Assembly (NCBI GenBank): GCA_051362555.1
Contig: CM120647.1
Location: 9,610,001-9,674,000, forward strand
DNA length: 64,000 bases
Source: Lingula anatina
Lineage: Eukaryota > Animalia > Brachiopoda
Direction of reading: 5' to 3'
The notes under the pieces are model-generated. The model saw only the letters and a list, made by a program, of their open reading frames with translations. It had not been told where the DNA came from and searched no databases. The position numbers and the translations under genes were made by a program. Shown here piece after piece: positions 24,960 through 38,800 of the stretch (positions are counted from its first letter, which is position 1; every line of letters starts with the position of its first letter).

Positions 24960-25766
24960 ATGGGAATCAAAAAGACGTGGTGCATATTCCTTTCAATTTA
25001 CACGATTTTCTCCGAATGTGGTCTCAGTGGTCACATTAATCACTTACCATCGTCTAATGCGCGTTCATTAATTCGCGAATGCTTGAAGAGATCTCTGTTG
25101 CAATTACCGGCGCTGACGGATTATAAAGCGTGGAAGTTAATTGAACAGTGTGCGTTGAACGAATGTGGGAAGCTAACGAATACACGTAGAGGGGGTGGCA
25201 CATCATTTAAGGACAACACTTGGATATGCGGTGTTATTCAAAGTCCAAATTTTGGCCAAGGTTCTTATCCACCGGAGCACAGACAGAGATGGGAGATAAC
25301 TACTACTGAGGGTAGCGGGGTAAGGTTAAGATTTAACAATTTCTCACTAGAATATTGCAACGATTATCTTTCCGTATCTATCGGCTCATGTAATGACTCC
25401 CGTCTATTCGGTAAATTTTGTGGACAGCTGACATATCTCAACTCAACGGAACTCATCCTACCCGGAAATAAGGTCTGCGTGGAATTTTTCACAAATCATG
25501 AGGACCAATTTTCCGGATTTCAAATCGAATCTCATGCAGTATTTTCAGACTGTCATCAGTTTCATCTACCTACAGTTTTGTCTTTACGTCGAGGTGAGTT
25601 TCATCCAAAAACAGCGCTCATTTCGACGCAGTGCAGTAGTAAAGTGGAATATCACGTTCATACGTATTTTTAATGAACAAAATGTATTTTAATAATTCCA
25701 CTGTATCACATTTTATCGACAGATCATACCAACTTTCATTTTATATTTGTATAAATATGACAATAA

Positions 25767-25797
<31 letters not shown>

Positions 25798-28022
25798 CAG
25801 TGCTCCAGGTGGTGATCAAATTTTACTGCACTGGGAAATGTATTCAAACATTTCTTCAAACATCTCTGTGCCGTATACGTTACACGTATATGAAGGTCCC
25901 CCAGGATCCAGGATAATTTTGTATCCGACTGATACCCAAATTCCGTTGAAAAATGGTTCCATCCGCACAATAGGTTGGAATGCATTTTTTAACTTAACTG
26001 AGGAAAGGCACACACAGGACCCTACGCCATGGGTGTTTGTTGCCCGCTACACGTCTTTTGAAAGAAACATTATTCCAGGAGCATTATGCCAATATTCTAG
26101 AAATGCCAACGGCAGCCTGGACACGTCTTGTACAAACCTCAGTAACCACACTTCAGTTCGTTTACCTGTAACCCCTGGATCATTAGTTCGCTATGATGTC
26201 GATCTTTTCTCAAATTCCACGGTGAGTTTAGAAAGCAACTTTCGCACTTTGATATCACCCTTTGCCATCCCGTACGAAGTGGCTGGAAAAAATTGCCCGT
26301 TCTTTGGGATAGTATTTACTGGTTACAGTGACTTGCATAATAACTTGGCGGTGGTCGGGCCGAGTTGCAACTACGATAGTATGGACTACAGGGATGGTAT
26401 GGAAAAACTCGAGGCGGTTATCTTTTTTAGTCGACCACGTGTAATATTTTACTGTTTTCGATTTGACGATGTCAATGGGTCGTGTTTAATACCTAAACGT
26501 AACATAACATTCAGTTTGTCCTATAGGCCTGAAGACAGCCATATTGTGCACTGGAATGAATCAGACAAGCAGTCCGTTGCTTTTCTGTATTTTGGCAGTA
26601 ACAGCACATGCCAAACAAGATATAATGGAAGTTCTGGCCATGAATTTATTGAAAATGTGAGAGTGCCGATTAGATCAGATTGTCAAGTTCGTGGAATGCT
26701 GTTAATTTATTTGGTGATTCTAGAACAGCGGTATACGTTTTTCACATTTGATACTCAAATGGCGATATATTTTGAACAAAGATGGCGGGATTCTTTTCGA
26801 ACACAATGTATCCTTTCTTACACAGCACACAGCAAAGGATTTGAGGGTAAAGTGTTCGAAATAACAACATCAAGGCGTTTCGATTACTTTATAAAGACTC
26901 ACACTTTTTGTTCATCTTTATCTTTTACCAATGATCTGTGGTCAAAAACTAATTTAGAGATTTCGGAAGCATCTTTTGAAACTAGGGAAGTAAGAACGCG
27001 CAACGAAACGGTTACTAAATCTACAGGTGCATTATTCGGGTTTTGTGGACGACAATATACCAGAATTACATATACAATAACATTAAAAAAGGACATGTAT
27101 TGCAAATGGTGCTTTTATTCGCTGAAATTCAGAATAAGACAATGTCGGCCTAATGGGACTGAACTCAAGCTTAAAATAGAAGAACATTCCACATCTGTCT
27201 CAGGTGAAGGGCATAACAAAGCTCCCACAGCTGGCATACTCGCTAGCACACCGACATTTATCTTGAAAATTAATGATTACGTCGATGCCTTGGTTGAATA
27301 CACTTGGAACACTCTCAGTGCGTGGACAGTCTGTCTTGTCTTAGAACCTCTCCCCGCTGACTCCCAACCTGAGCTGGCAGCAGACCTTGACCTTTTTTAC
27401 AATCTAGAAAACTATGTTGACATCTCTGACAGTTTAACTGAAGATTTTCATTACGGTACCAATGTGTCGTGCATCTTTGGAAAATGCTATAAATTACTTA
27501 CCGAATTACAGTCCGGAGATGCCAGACCGCCCCTTACCTGGTTAAGATCACGTGAGCTGTGTATGGCCAGTGGAGGCGACCTACCGACCGCCTTGGACGA
27601 TTTCACTTTAAAGGCCGTTTTGAATCAAACTGTAATTAATGCGCAGTGGTTTTATGAGATATACGTCAAACACCGGTTCCTCCTGTTCTTGGGTCTTAGG
27701 CGAGAAAAACAGGTAAGCAATTAAGTAACATATCACCATAGTACTCCCTACCTTATCTAGACAAACATCCATCTACTTGTAGCAATGAACAACTATTCCA
27801 AGAAAAGAGTTCCAATTTCGAAGAATACTTGCCGCGGCCTATTTTCAGCAATAAAACTCTATGGAATAATTTAATTTTTAGTACTTTAAAGTGGTTTGTT
27901 CTGCATATGAAATAACAATGCACATTGCAGAACTCTCCTTGACGGGACCCCGAGAGTCTGTACTGTATGCTGCGAGACGCATAATTTTTACACCTTAGTA
28001 ATATAGCGGATTTGCCAAAAAA

Positions 28023-28068
<46 letters not shown>

Positions 28069-31000
28069 TGCATATGTTTCCATCTTTAAGCATTGTTTGT
28101 CCTCAGTTAATTTGCAGACATGTTTCTTTTTCATATGTAATATTTTCATCTAATATTTCCGTTTGTTACGTTGTACTAAATCATTTTCGCCCGGTAAACC
28201 GTAACTTCCGTGACGTTTTTAAAGTAGATACAAGTAATAGAAAAGGCTTTAATGCTTATGAATGAACTTTCTGTGCTTTTCTGTAACTCGCGATACATGT
28301 ATTTTAAGAAAATATTGCCATTTATCCATAATAAATAATTCGTACACACCATACAGATTGCCACACATAAAAGTCAAGATGTCACATTTAAAAGCCAAGC
28401 CTCAGTAACGGTCCAAATTTCTAGAAAAAATTACGTTAGAAAGTTCGAACCCTGATTTCTTCTGGGAAAAGATAAACTTAAAAAATCAATTTAACTACTA
28501 GTAAAAAGATCAGCACACCTGACCACAGGCCCTTAAGCATGGGAAAGTATCCATCCAACTAGTTCAATCATATGTTTAAAGGCGAATTTTGGATAAGATT
28601 TGAAATCATTCTCAAGAAACAAGAATAAAAGACCAGTTTTTGTTGGAGGAGCAAACATTGAGGAAATTTGAATTCTAAAAACGCATCAATCAATATATTT
28701 TGAGGGATTTGTGTCTAGTAATGGTATATATGCATGTACTACACTGTGTCACGGTAAACGTCATTTCGTTTTTAGTGTCTGAAAATCAAGCAAAACACCT
28801 TTTCTGACCATTTGCCAGTTTTGGCCAATTTCAAATATACAGTATAATATACATTTAATGTACATATATAATATCATAATGTAACAGTTCTCGTATCTGT
28901 ATCATTATAAATAACGCTCCCAAAGTTCGCTTTATCTTAAAAAAAAAAAAACATCCAAACAGGCATGGTAACACTTCACTTGTAACGAAATTGCAAATTT
29001 TCACTTGCACATGCGACATGTGCCTGCTGATTGATTAAGGACTATATCATTCTTAATTGACAGCACTTTATTCAAAACATCTCTCACAGCATTAAAACAT
29101 GTCTGTTGGTTTCTAAAATATTCAAATTAGAATATTACAGGTTTTGTTTGCCTACAATTGGTACCACTTACTACCGTGATGTCTGCACATGATTCTTTAC
29201 GATTGACAGAAACCCTAAGTATAACTGCAACACGTGTAGTAGTGACAAGTGAGAGTAGTCAGTGAGATGTGTTCGAGTCACATGACACAAAGGTATAAAG
29301 TTGAAATCCCGCCCTTACATTTTCAGTTTCAGCAACACGGGTCTACCGGGATCATATAGTTTTATGTTTTTATTAGTTTTCATTAAGCTTGCATTAGTTT
29401 CAGTTTTACTCGGTTCAAATGAACTTAATTTAGTTTCTGTTAACATTTATTCATGCAGTAAAAACATATACTCCAAGACAGTTTCCGAGTTGTAAACGGT
29501 ACGGTCACGGCAACACTAAGGTATCAATAATATTTTCTTGTACTTACAAAATCTTAAAAAATTAATAAAGCATTTAACTTTAGACTTATAAACTGGCAGA
29601 TGCTACCTAACCACCGTAACAAAAATAATACTGTTTTTACACGTGTATATTTCTTTAATGGAAGTAGTTGTGTGGGTAAAAAATTCTCTTGTTACTCTCT
29701 GAATATTCTTCCGAAAAATATAAAAAAAAAGTTTTTCAGTTTTGCAAAGTTCGTATTTATGCATTTCTCGTTTTGGAATTGGTACCGTTCATGGAATGGC
29801 CGTAAACAGCAATGCTTATGTAAGCGATATTGGTTTCATGGATTTTATTACGGTACTTTTGTAGAGAGGTATGTTTTCAAGGCAATAGTGGGATATATAG
29901 CGGTATAAGTAATTTGCATCAAACAACTTTAATCTTATTATGACAGTAGTTATACTTCATATGTCACCTTTAAAAATACACAAGGTTACACAGATGGGGA
30001 TGTGGAAAACAGCTAGAAACAAACTCCCTTTGTATCCCCCACACTGTATCCCCCTAGCATTTATGTAATTGAAACCCTCAAACTTCTATAAAAATGACAT
30101 CCATATTGAAATTGTTAATATTTCCCATGTTAAAATTTCGTTGGACATTAAGTATGTTAATTTGGGAACTTCAAATAAATTCATTGCGGAAAAATCACTT
30201 CTGTTGCAATTTGTTTAGCATGTACTAGTGTATATACGTATTATCTAATTCTGTTACCTGTTTTTAGAACGTGCTCAACTGGATAGACAACACACCACTT
30301 GTATTTTCGGACTGGTACCATCCAAACTATGACAAACTCTTCATAGAGGAACGCTTTCGAACTGCGGCTAAATATTCAAAATATGTTCTCAACGACTTTG
30401 CATTCATATCGAGATCAAATCTTCTCAACACTAGACATCCTGTTTATGATCATGGTATATCATGTGCAGCTATGGTTGTCACTAATCCGCACTACTCGTC
30501 CAACTGGATCATGATTCCTTGCCCGCAAGAATTCCATGCAGCCACTGTAATATGCGAATACCCAGGATACGCCAGGGAAAGCAGTGTGCGGCGACGGTCG
30601 TCGAAAACGACCAAAAATGGTACCTGTTCTGATTTTCAGTTTGAATGCGGAGACGGTACGTGTGTTGCTATAGATTCTAGGTGTGACGGACAAAAAGATT
30701 GCCTAGACGAAAGTGATGAAATTGTCGCCTGTCATCTACTTCATTTCGGGCGTTGTACGGACGGACATAATCTTCATTTGTCCCGATTCTGTGACAAAGT
30801 GACTGACTGCGCGGACAACTCAGACGAAATAGGTTGTATCTATCCACCATGTAACGCACATCAATTTCACTGTGGCAGTGGAGAATGCATTCAAATGAGC
30901 GAAAGATGCGACTTAATACCCCACTGTAAAGATGGTTCAGATGAAGCACAGTGCGCAAATGCCTACAGGAAGAAATTCTATTCTTGTTTTTCTGGTACAA

Positions 31001-33306
31001 TTATCCAGTATTCACAGATACACGATGGCGTGGTAGACTGTCTAGGGCCCGTTGAAGAAGACGAGATAGATGACTGGTTGTTACAACAAACATCGATTAA
31101 GCACTGTGGGAATCAGTACAACAGGACGTGTCACAACCACACCTGCGACAAATATTCTTATCACGAAAAATCATTTTTCCTCGGTGAGCCTTTATCCGAC
31201 CAAAGATACAGTAATACCCAGGTGTTCTATAAGAACGCGTCTTGCTTCTACGAAAGAAATAAGTATGACATATTAACAACCTGTAGGACTGGGAAGCACC
31301 TTGTCCAAAACGTGTCTCGCCCCATATTTGATTTGGACATTGACAATAGATCAATTATTTCTTTTGGCCCCAGAACGTCGCCATTATGCCACGGGTTCAC
31401 ATGTCCCAAAGATTTATATCACCAATGCCCATCGTCGTACTGCATACCTGCCAGATCAGTTTGTGACGGGGTCAAAGACTGTCACGATGGCAGTGATGAA
31501 ATAGCATGTAACAGCTACTCCTGCCCAGGTATGTACAGATGTCGGGGACAGCATAATTGCTTGCCACAGAGTCAGGTGCGGGACGGAATCCCTCAGTGTA
31601 AACTGCGAGATGATGAAGTATTCTATGGTTTTCAGTGTCCACCCGAGTGCTTTTGTGACGGGTTTTCGGTAATTTGCCCTGGATCAGTATTCAAGAGGTC
31701 ACCAAATTCTGATCAGAGTAGATTAACTGAGGCGCCTCTTATTATAGGAAGAGGTATGGTAAGGAGTCTCATATTAAAAGATAATCATATATCAGAGGTC
31801 ACACTGGACAACTGCACGCGACTGTTATATCTTGACTTATCAAACAACTCACTGGTGGAAGTTCATAAAACTATGTTTCAAGACACTGTCAATCTACGCA
31901 GAGTTGATCTCTCAGAAAACAATATCCGCATCATCCGAAGTGGTGCATTTTCCAATATGATTTCTCTTCAAGTGCTGAACATAAGCAACAACCCAATTAC
32001 TACTGTTCCGCGCCACTCTTTCCACAATCTTCCTGCTTTGCAGTATCTTGATCTGTCAGCTGGTCTACTACTTGTCCTGGACAACTGTTCGTTTTATAAC
32101 GTCTCCGTTGGTGTTTTAAATATATCGAAAAACTTTGTCCAGACATTTAATGCATGGTTGTTCTGTGGTTGGCACAAAGTGAAGGCGATTGATCTGTCTG
32201 GAAACCCGTTGGAAGTTAAACAGGACGAGGCACCAAGTGATGTCGACATTTTAATTGCAGATACGTTCAGAGTCTGCTGCATGTATCCTCAATCAAATTT
32301 ATGTCAGTCTCAAGTTGATTTTTTTGCGTCGTGTTCAGATATGTTTATGGATAAAGTAATTAAGTACTCGTATTTTGGTATGGCTCTTCTTTCTGTGGTG
32401 TCGTCGTTGGGATTACTAAAATCGTATTTTAGGCTTGAAGGACTGTTTCCGATGAAAGAAGTTGCTGTTGCATTGAATGTCATTGAAATGCAAACGATTA
32501 TACCAGTTATGATAATATTTGTTAACAGTATGTGGATGACGGATACTTATTCCAACATATCTAATTCCTGGCGGAGGAGCCCATCGTGTCACGTTGCATC
32601 GTTTTTCTACATCTTTCCTCATGTTTGTGTTCCTTTAATAGTATTTTTTGCTGCTATACACGCGATTATATTACGGGCTGCTGGAATCGAAAAATCACAT
32701 GTGTTAAAGTGCACAATGTGCGTTGGCATAATTATTGTCCTCACCGTGTCAGTAACATTTAGTGTTCTTTTGTCCATGGAGGTAGAAATCCATACTGGTA
32801 CCTGTTATCCTTTCGTTTTAAGCAGTCTTATGACTGAAATACAGTATAATTCTTTAGGGCTTGAAATCACATATCTATCAATGTCTGTAATTTCTCTAAC
32901 TACTTTCGAAGGAGTTTTTATGTATATGTTGGGTTCTCTGAGATCTCCGTCATCCCTAACTGATTTTCGCAGTATTTGCTGCTTTTTGGAAATTGCCTTA
33001 TCCGATGCCATACGCTGGTTCCCGTTCACAGTGTCGTGTTTCTTGCATTTAAAGAACAATCCGGTGTCTGATTACGCTGCGCAGTGGGTGCAGTTAGTTA
33101 TGCTTAACATGCGACCCGTCGTATGCGCCTTTATTCATATTTGTTTAGGGCCTTTGTGGAAGAAGGTTGAGCGTTTCTTTGTACAGGCAGGGGTTGGGTC
33201 AAATGGTCAACCGGCACTGGGGAGGCAAAGGGGGGGTCAAGAGATGAACAAGAGGATACGCGAATATAGAATAAATATGAACAATCCGTGTACACCAAAA
33301 AGATAA
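24960..33306 (+). CDS. GRL101-like LDLa-LRR G-protein-coupled receptor with N-terminal CUB and C-type lectin domains (model exons 24960-25593, 25809-27712, 30268-33306; ~1858 aa)
   Basis: Signal peptide; CUB ([33 protein letters not shown]); C-type lectin split by the phase-0 intron (KCY, LTW, C..SGG, LGL, W.D, FSDW, WIMIPC, ICE); several LDLa repeats ([13 protein letters not shown]); LRRs (LDLSNNSL); seven hydrophobic segments with WRRSPSC and SDAIRWFP; splice phases compatible. Confidence 0.85.
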
Positions 33307-33920
33307 GTGTATTTTCTAAGATGCCTCGTTGTTCTTGGTGGTTTTCAATTTTATGCACCTAGTTTTAAAATCATATGGCAATTTTACGACAATCGTTTAC
33401 TATCCAGTCAAGGTGACAGCCGTGCGTGGGCTCATCCTGTCGGTGTTCTGACTGATACTCCGAAATGCGATCTGACACACACCTTGAAAACGGGTAGTGT
33501 GGTCCGATATACCGTTTAATTCAGGATCCTTAGGTTCCGAGTCTGGTAGTTGGGTAGGCCTGTGCATATTACGCTGTATTGTTGCAATTGGAAAAAGAAG
33601 TAGTCATGATTCGAATATAGATACTATATACTCTATTCGTGACATTGATCTCTGTAAAATGTGTGCTAATACGCGTTAAAACATTTTCTGTCGTTTGAAA
33701 GAACAATTTAATTGATGTATATTTTATAAATGTTTAATATAACAATTTAATTGATGTTCATTTTATATTTTATGAAACTGTCTTTTAGAACCTTTTACAT
33801 TAAAATGTAACACAAATTTTACTTGTAATTATTGTTGTTGATATTTCATGATAACTGGTCTCGTTTCTTTTGATTTACTGTATTATCTGAATGTAATTAT
33901 ATAATTATATAATTTTATAT

Positions 33921-34022
33921 AACTGGAAATCTGAGGCTTAGGATAGGAAACAATGGAAAAAGCGTGCTGAGGCCTTTGTCCAACAGTGGAACACTATAGG
34001 CTCTAAATGATGATGATGATGA
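33921..34022 (+). mobile_element. 3' tail of an RTE-clade LINE
   Basis: Translates NWKSEA*DRKQW; gaggcctttgtccaacagtgga followed by a (TGA)n tail; aattatataat on both sides. Confidence 0.65.
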
Positions 34023-35230
34023 ATTATATAATCATATTTAACGTTTATGCATTTTGTAAAGTACTATTTTAATGATGGACTTTAAGATATTGACAATGTT
34101 TAAAACATTACCGCTATAATCATTTACCAGTAAACCGTCAGTGTGCATTAATTATGTGTATAAAAAGTATCTTCATCAAGTTATTGTTTTACTTAATTTT
34201 CTATTTTTACCCCCACTTTTGCAGTGACACGCGTTTGTTCAAGGCATGCAATCACCACTAAAAGTGTATTTTTCAAACGATGCATTAATGAAACAAGTAT
34301 ACGTACTGGCACTTGAGATATTACAAGCTATAAGCTGCTGACGCCTTATGTTAGACCTGCAGTCCACACCCACTAAACGACTCGCAAGTCATGGTCTGAG
34401 GGGATCCAGAAACTTTTTTTTTACACTTGAGCTTGGGGATGAGCGGCTTAGACAATCGCTTCATAAAGAAAAATAAATAAGAAATAAAATAGCGCCGTCA
34501 CTTTTCACTTTTAGTCCAACAGTAAAATGTAAAAAATAAGAGAAAAAAATAAATGTTCTCCATTACCCACCAATCATTGGAATCGCCATCTCGAGGAATC
34601 GTAACATTGCAACGGTAAGATCATCCAACTGTTGTTGCACGGAACTAAATGCGCTGCCCGGACTATAATGATTCAGCCAATCAAATTTCTAATTTCAAGA
34701 GGGGACCACTGGTGTGATTTTTTTTTTTCAGAAATCGAAGGAGAGGAGGGGGTCAGGACCCCCTGACACCCCCTAGATACGCCACGGCAGTTGTAGCTGG
34801 TAAGGCTAGGGCTGAGCTGGTTAGGGTCTACCTGCTTACTGATTGCACTCTCAATTTCCCACAATGCAGTTCGAGACCCCCCCCCCCTGAGGCACAACCG
34901 CAAAGTGAAGAATAATTTATAAGTGCTGATATTGCAATGAGGTCAAACAAAGAAAAATGTCACAGTAATATTCAACCATTTCGCTCGTAATTGAGATAGA
35001 GGTCGTAATAATGAACTATTGATCAAAATAATTTATTTAGCACAGGAACTTTTTGCAATGAAACGCTTTCTTACTACTAGCACGTCTTCTATAGAAACGG
35101 GTTTTATACAACACACTTTATGAATAAATACAAGTAAATGGATAAAACCCCTTATATTCGACACTATAATCATTTGCGTTTTCACATTACCCTATTTGCA
35201 AATTTTGCTTACTCATACCCTGCGCAGAGG

Positions 35231-35801
35231 GTGGATTAAAGATGACATTAAGCTATCTGACCTTGCAAAGACCCTGCAAATTTACCTCTAGTATAGGATA
35301 GATATTTAAATCTTGTCGTCCCACGTACCATGAGCAGTGCATCGCAGCGTCATCTTTTTAAGGATATTGTAACCCTTCATTTTCATACGGATGCCGGAAA
35401 TGAGGTTTTTCCTGCATTTAATTATTCAATAATGCATGCATCTTTGTTCTGATTTAAGAAAATAAAAACCCTCGAAAATATATAACATCGGCTTATATTT
35501 TTTTTCGTTGCAATGCATAAGCAACTAAAAGCAACTCAAAGCTTTAATCGTCAATTTAACACCTTTCTATCTTGTGGTGATTGAGATAGCAATCTATATA
35601 GGGCGTAACTTCATCCTGAAAAAGAATTTATCACGAAGATTGGCAGAGTTGACCAGGAATGTTTAAGCTACAATCCTGTGGATTTAAGATGACATAAAGC
35701 TCTCTGACCTTGTCCGTTAAATCCTGCAAATTAACCTCTGGTATAGAATAGATATTTTAAACTTGTCTTCCCACGTGCCATAAGCAGTGCATCCCAGCGT
35801 C
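35231..35801. repeat. Two diverged ~125-bp direct repeats downstream of the stop of acyl-CoA synthetase copy 1
   Basis: gtggatt.aagatgacat.aagct.tctgaccttg...gcagtgcatc.cagcgtc at ~35231-35352 and ~35678-35801. Confidence 0.8.
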
Positions 35802-35897
35802 CTCTATTATTTAAATTTGCATGTGCTTCATTAGTGATCGTTTTATGAGTCATCTCTGAAGATGGTATCAATATTTTTCTACTCAAAGTTTACAATA

Positions 35898-38800
35898 TCA
35901 CAGCTTGGCTTTTTTCACCCGCAGAGCCCTCTTTCGCAATTCCTCGCGTAGAACTCTACGCAGGATTTTCCCACTAGCAGTCTTTGGAATTTCCTCAACA
36001 ATCTCAACTCCGCCTCGAAGGCGCTTAATGGGGGCAGCTTTAGCTGAAATATATATTATATTGTACAAATACTATTTTAGAAGCTATATATAATACCCAA
36101 CATAGACGGCTGAACAAATAAATATAAATGATTTTACAAACGCCATAGAAGTTCCACTTTTATAGAGATAGCAGCCTGTGAAACAACTTTGTAGATTATA
36201 CATTACGAAATTACAAATAATCAAAACTTCCGCAATAAAAGTATTTAAGGAGAAGATGAAAAATGTTTATCAAAGTTACCTGCTAAAAAATTAGCAATCT
36301 CCGTTTCAGTGGCTCTTTGTCCCGGTTTGAGGACAATGAACGCCATGGGCAGCTCTCCGGCGTCTTCGTCAGGACGTCCAACTACCGCAGCGTCCGCTAC
36401 GGCAGGGTGCGATAACAACAAGCCCTCTAGCTCTGCTGGTGCCAACTAACGGGTATAAAAGAATATAGTCACTATTTTAGTAGGTCAAATATGAGCACAG
36501 TAATTAGAAATGCTTTGATCTCGTTCTCAGTATTTCTCCTTTTAACTTAGCATTTAACGATTAAATAATCCATTATAAGGCACAGAATTACCTGGAACCC
36601 TTTGTATTTGATAAATTCTTTGATTCTGTCGATGACGTAAATGTTTTGGTCTTCGTCATAGTGGCCGATGTCACCTTAAATATTATTATTACAAGACGAT
36701 AACATGTAATAACTTTATTATAAAAACGACATAAATAGAGGGAAAGAACATTGTTAAAATTAAGTAGAGAGTATTTGTCTGGTGTCATTATCTAAATGAC
36801 TCGCTAGTGACATAAAATATCGTAAAATTTAATAAACACACGAAAAATGCTGTTCGACTACCCCAAACGAAGCAACGAAAAAGGTTGCTGCAGATACCGG
36901 CGCAGACAGCGAGTCCTGTGCTGAGCTACCTCCCTCACCTCATACTCTCAGACTTCCAAATGAATGTGACACGCGTTCTAACACGACTTCTTTGGGAGTA
37001 AATACCAATATATTGGGCTGTAGTGTGCGTCGGGAAGATATAACACCCTCCCCCATCACGGCCCTACAGAAAGTTGCTAAGGTAACTTACCACTGTGAAA
37101 CCACCCCTCCTTATCAATGGCGGCAGCCGTGGCTTCGGGATTGTTCAGGTAGCCTTTGAAGATTTGACATCCGCGGAAGCAAAGCTCGCCATCTTGGTTT
37201 GGACCGAGTTCCTCTCCGGATTGCGGGTCTAAAACCTGAGGGAGAATTAATTGTCAAAAGAGAAGTGTACTTATTAACTTTTCTTTCTTTGCTATAATTT
37301 ATTTTACAAAAAGAAATCAATTAAAAAGCAACATTTCTGGCAGGTTATCATTCCACACGTGGACTACGTCACTGATATCAAAGCAAGGGCGGCGAAATGC
37401 AGTGCAGTAATCATCTGCACAAACTTTTCACCAATAAACATGTATTTTGTTCGCAGAGTGGGGGGTGGGTAGGAGTAGTTAAAAGCTTTTTGTTCGGTAT
37501 TCCGCGTCCACCCTCTGTAAACCACCTTAATAGTAACTTCTTTTTTATGTTAAGTCACGTGCGTGTGTGTGTAAGAGAGAGAGAGAGAGATTCACCTTAC
37601 ACTCTGTGCTTGCAACCAAAAGACCGACAGAACCGGACCGAAACGATCGCACGTCTGATTGAGGCAAGGAACAGGCCGGGCTGGCTTCTGTCGCACCATA
37701 CCCTAAATTTATAGATAAGTACATTCTTAGTATATATATTAGGATGTATGTAGGTCTTTTAACTTAAAAGTTACACATACACAGCATATATCGACCTCAC
37801 TGATTTACTCAAAGCATTGTATAGTACAGCTGCATACTTAGTTGCTTTTATACACATAGAAGGACCGGGGCTAATTGGAACCCAGGGTAAGTTGCCCCCC
37901 CCCCCCCCCCCCCATCAATTTATGACAAAGTGACTATGGGGTAAAAGAATTGATCACATCATTTTGTAAAGTGACCGTATCCAATAGTGCTAAGAAAGCG
38001 TCGGCAGTGAGTCTAAATGAAATAATTTAGCATCTTAAAGTACCTTTATTAAAGAGACTTGATGGGGAGCCAACTTACCCCTGGGTCCAACTAGCTCCGG
38101 TCTCCCCTACTCCCTACTTGTCCTATCATGGTAATATGCTATCCAAGACACTGCGTGAGTTAGAGTAAAATTCCAGTTAAATGTCATGCACGCCAATACT
38201 GTTTATACGTGCATCTTTAATTTGGCAAACAATAGAAAAGCACTCAGAAAGCACATACTTCAAGCAATTCAGCGCAATTCTCATTATAAATTGACAAATG
38301 ACAAAATTAATCGATTCTTAGTTAGCCCATTTCTGACCCATCCCAAAAATTTTATAAAAATTCGCCAATAGCTTCTTAAGTTCACAGTTCACTAACAAAG
38401 CAGCAAAGAAGAAAACATAACTTTCTTGTTGGCGGTGGTAAATAAAATGGGACGTCTAGGCTATTGCTAGTTTGTATGATTCCGTAGAGAATGGCATCAA
38501 ATCAATGAAATAACAGTGCGTTTCAACAGTGAACTGCACAACAACTTGTGAGATTTAAAAAACAGGAATATTTAATAGTTTTGAATAATAAAGTAGGGTA
38601 TAAAAAACAATACCTTGTACAACTTTGCATGTCCTAAGACGCGATTCCAGTTTCTGTTCAATATCTTTGCCCAATGGCGCAGCCCCTGACATAATTACTT
38701 CGACACAGGAGAGGTCGTATTTGTCAACCAGTGGGTGTTTAGTTAGCATCACGGCTATGGGAGGAACCACTAGTAGGTAGCGGATCTATGTATACAGAGT

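Noticed and set aside
36840-37075. GC-richer intron block conserved with 44995-45225 as a hidden exon or nested gene
   Set aside because: Indels between the copies break frames, the upstream intron would be under 30 nt, and conservation is similar to other paralogous introns
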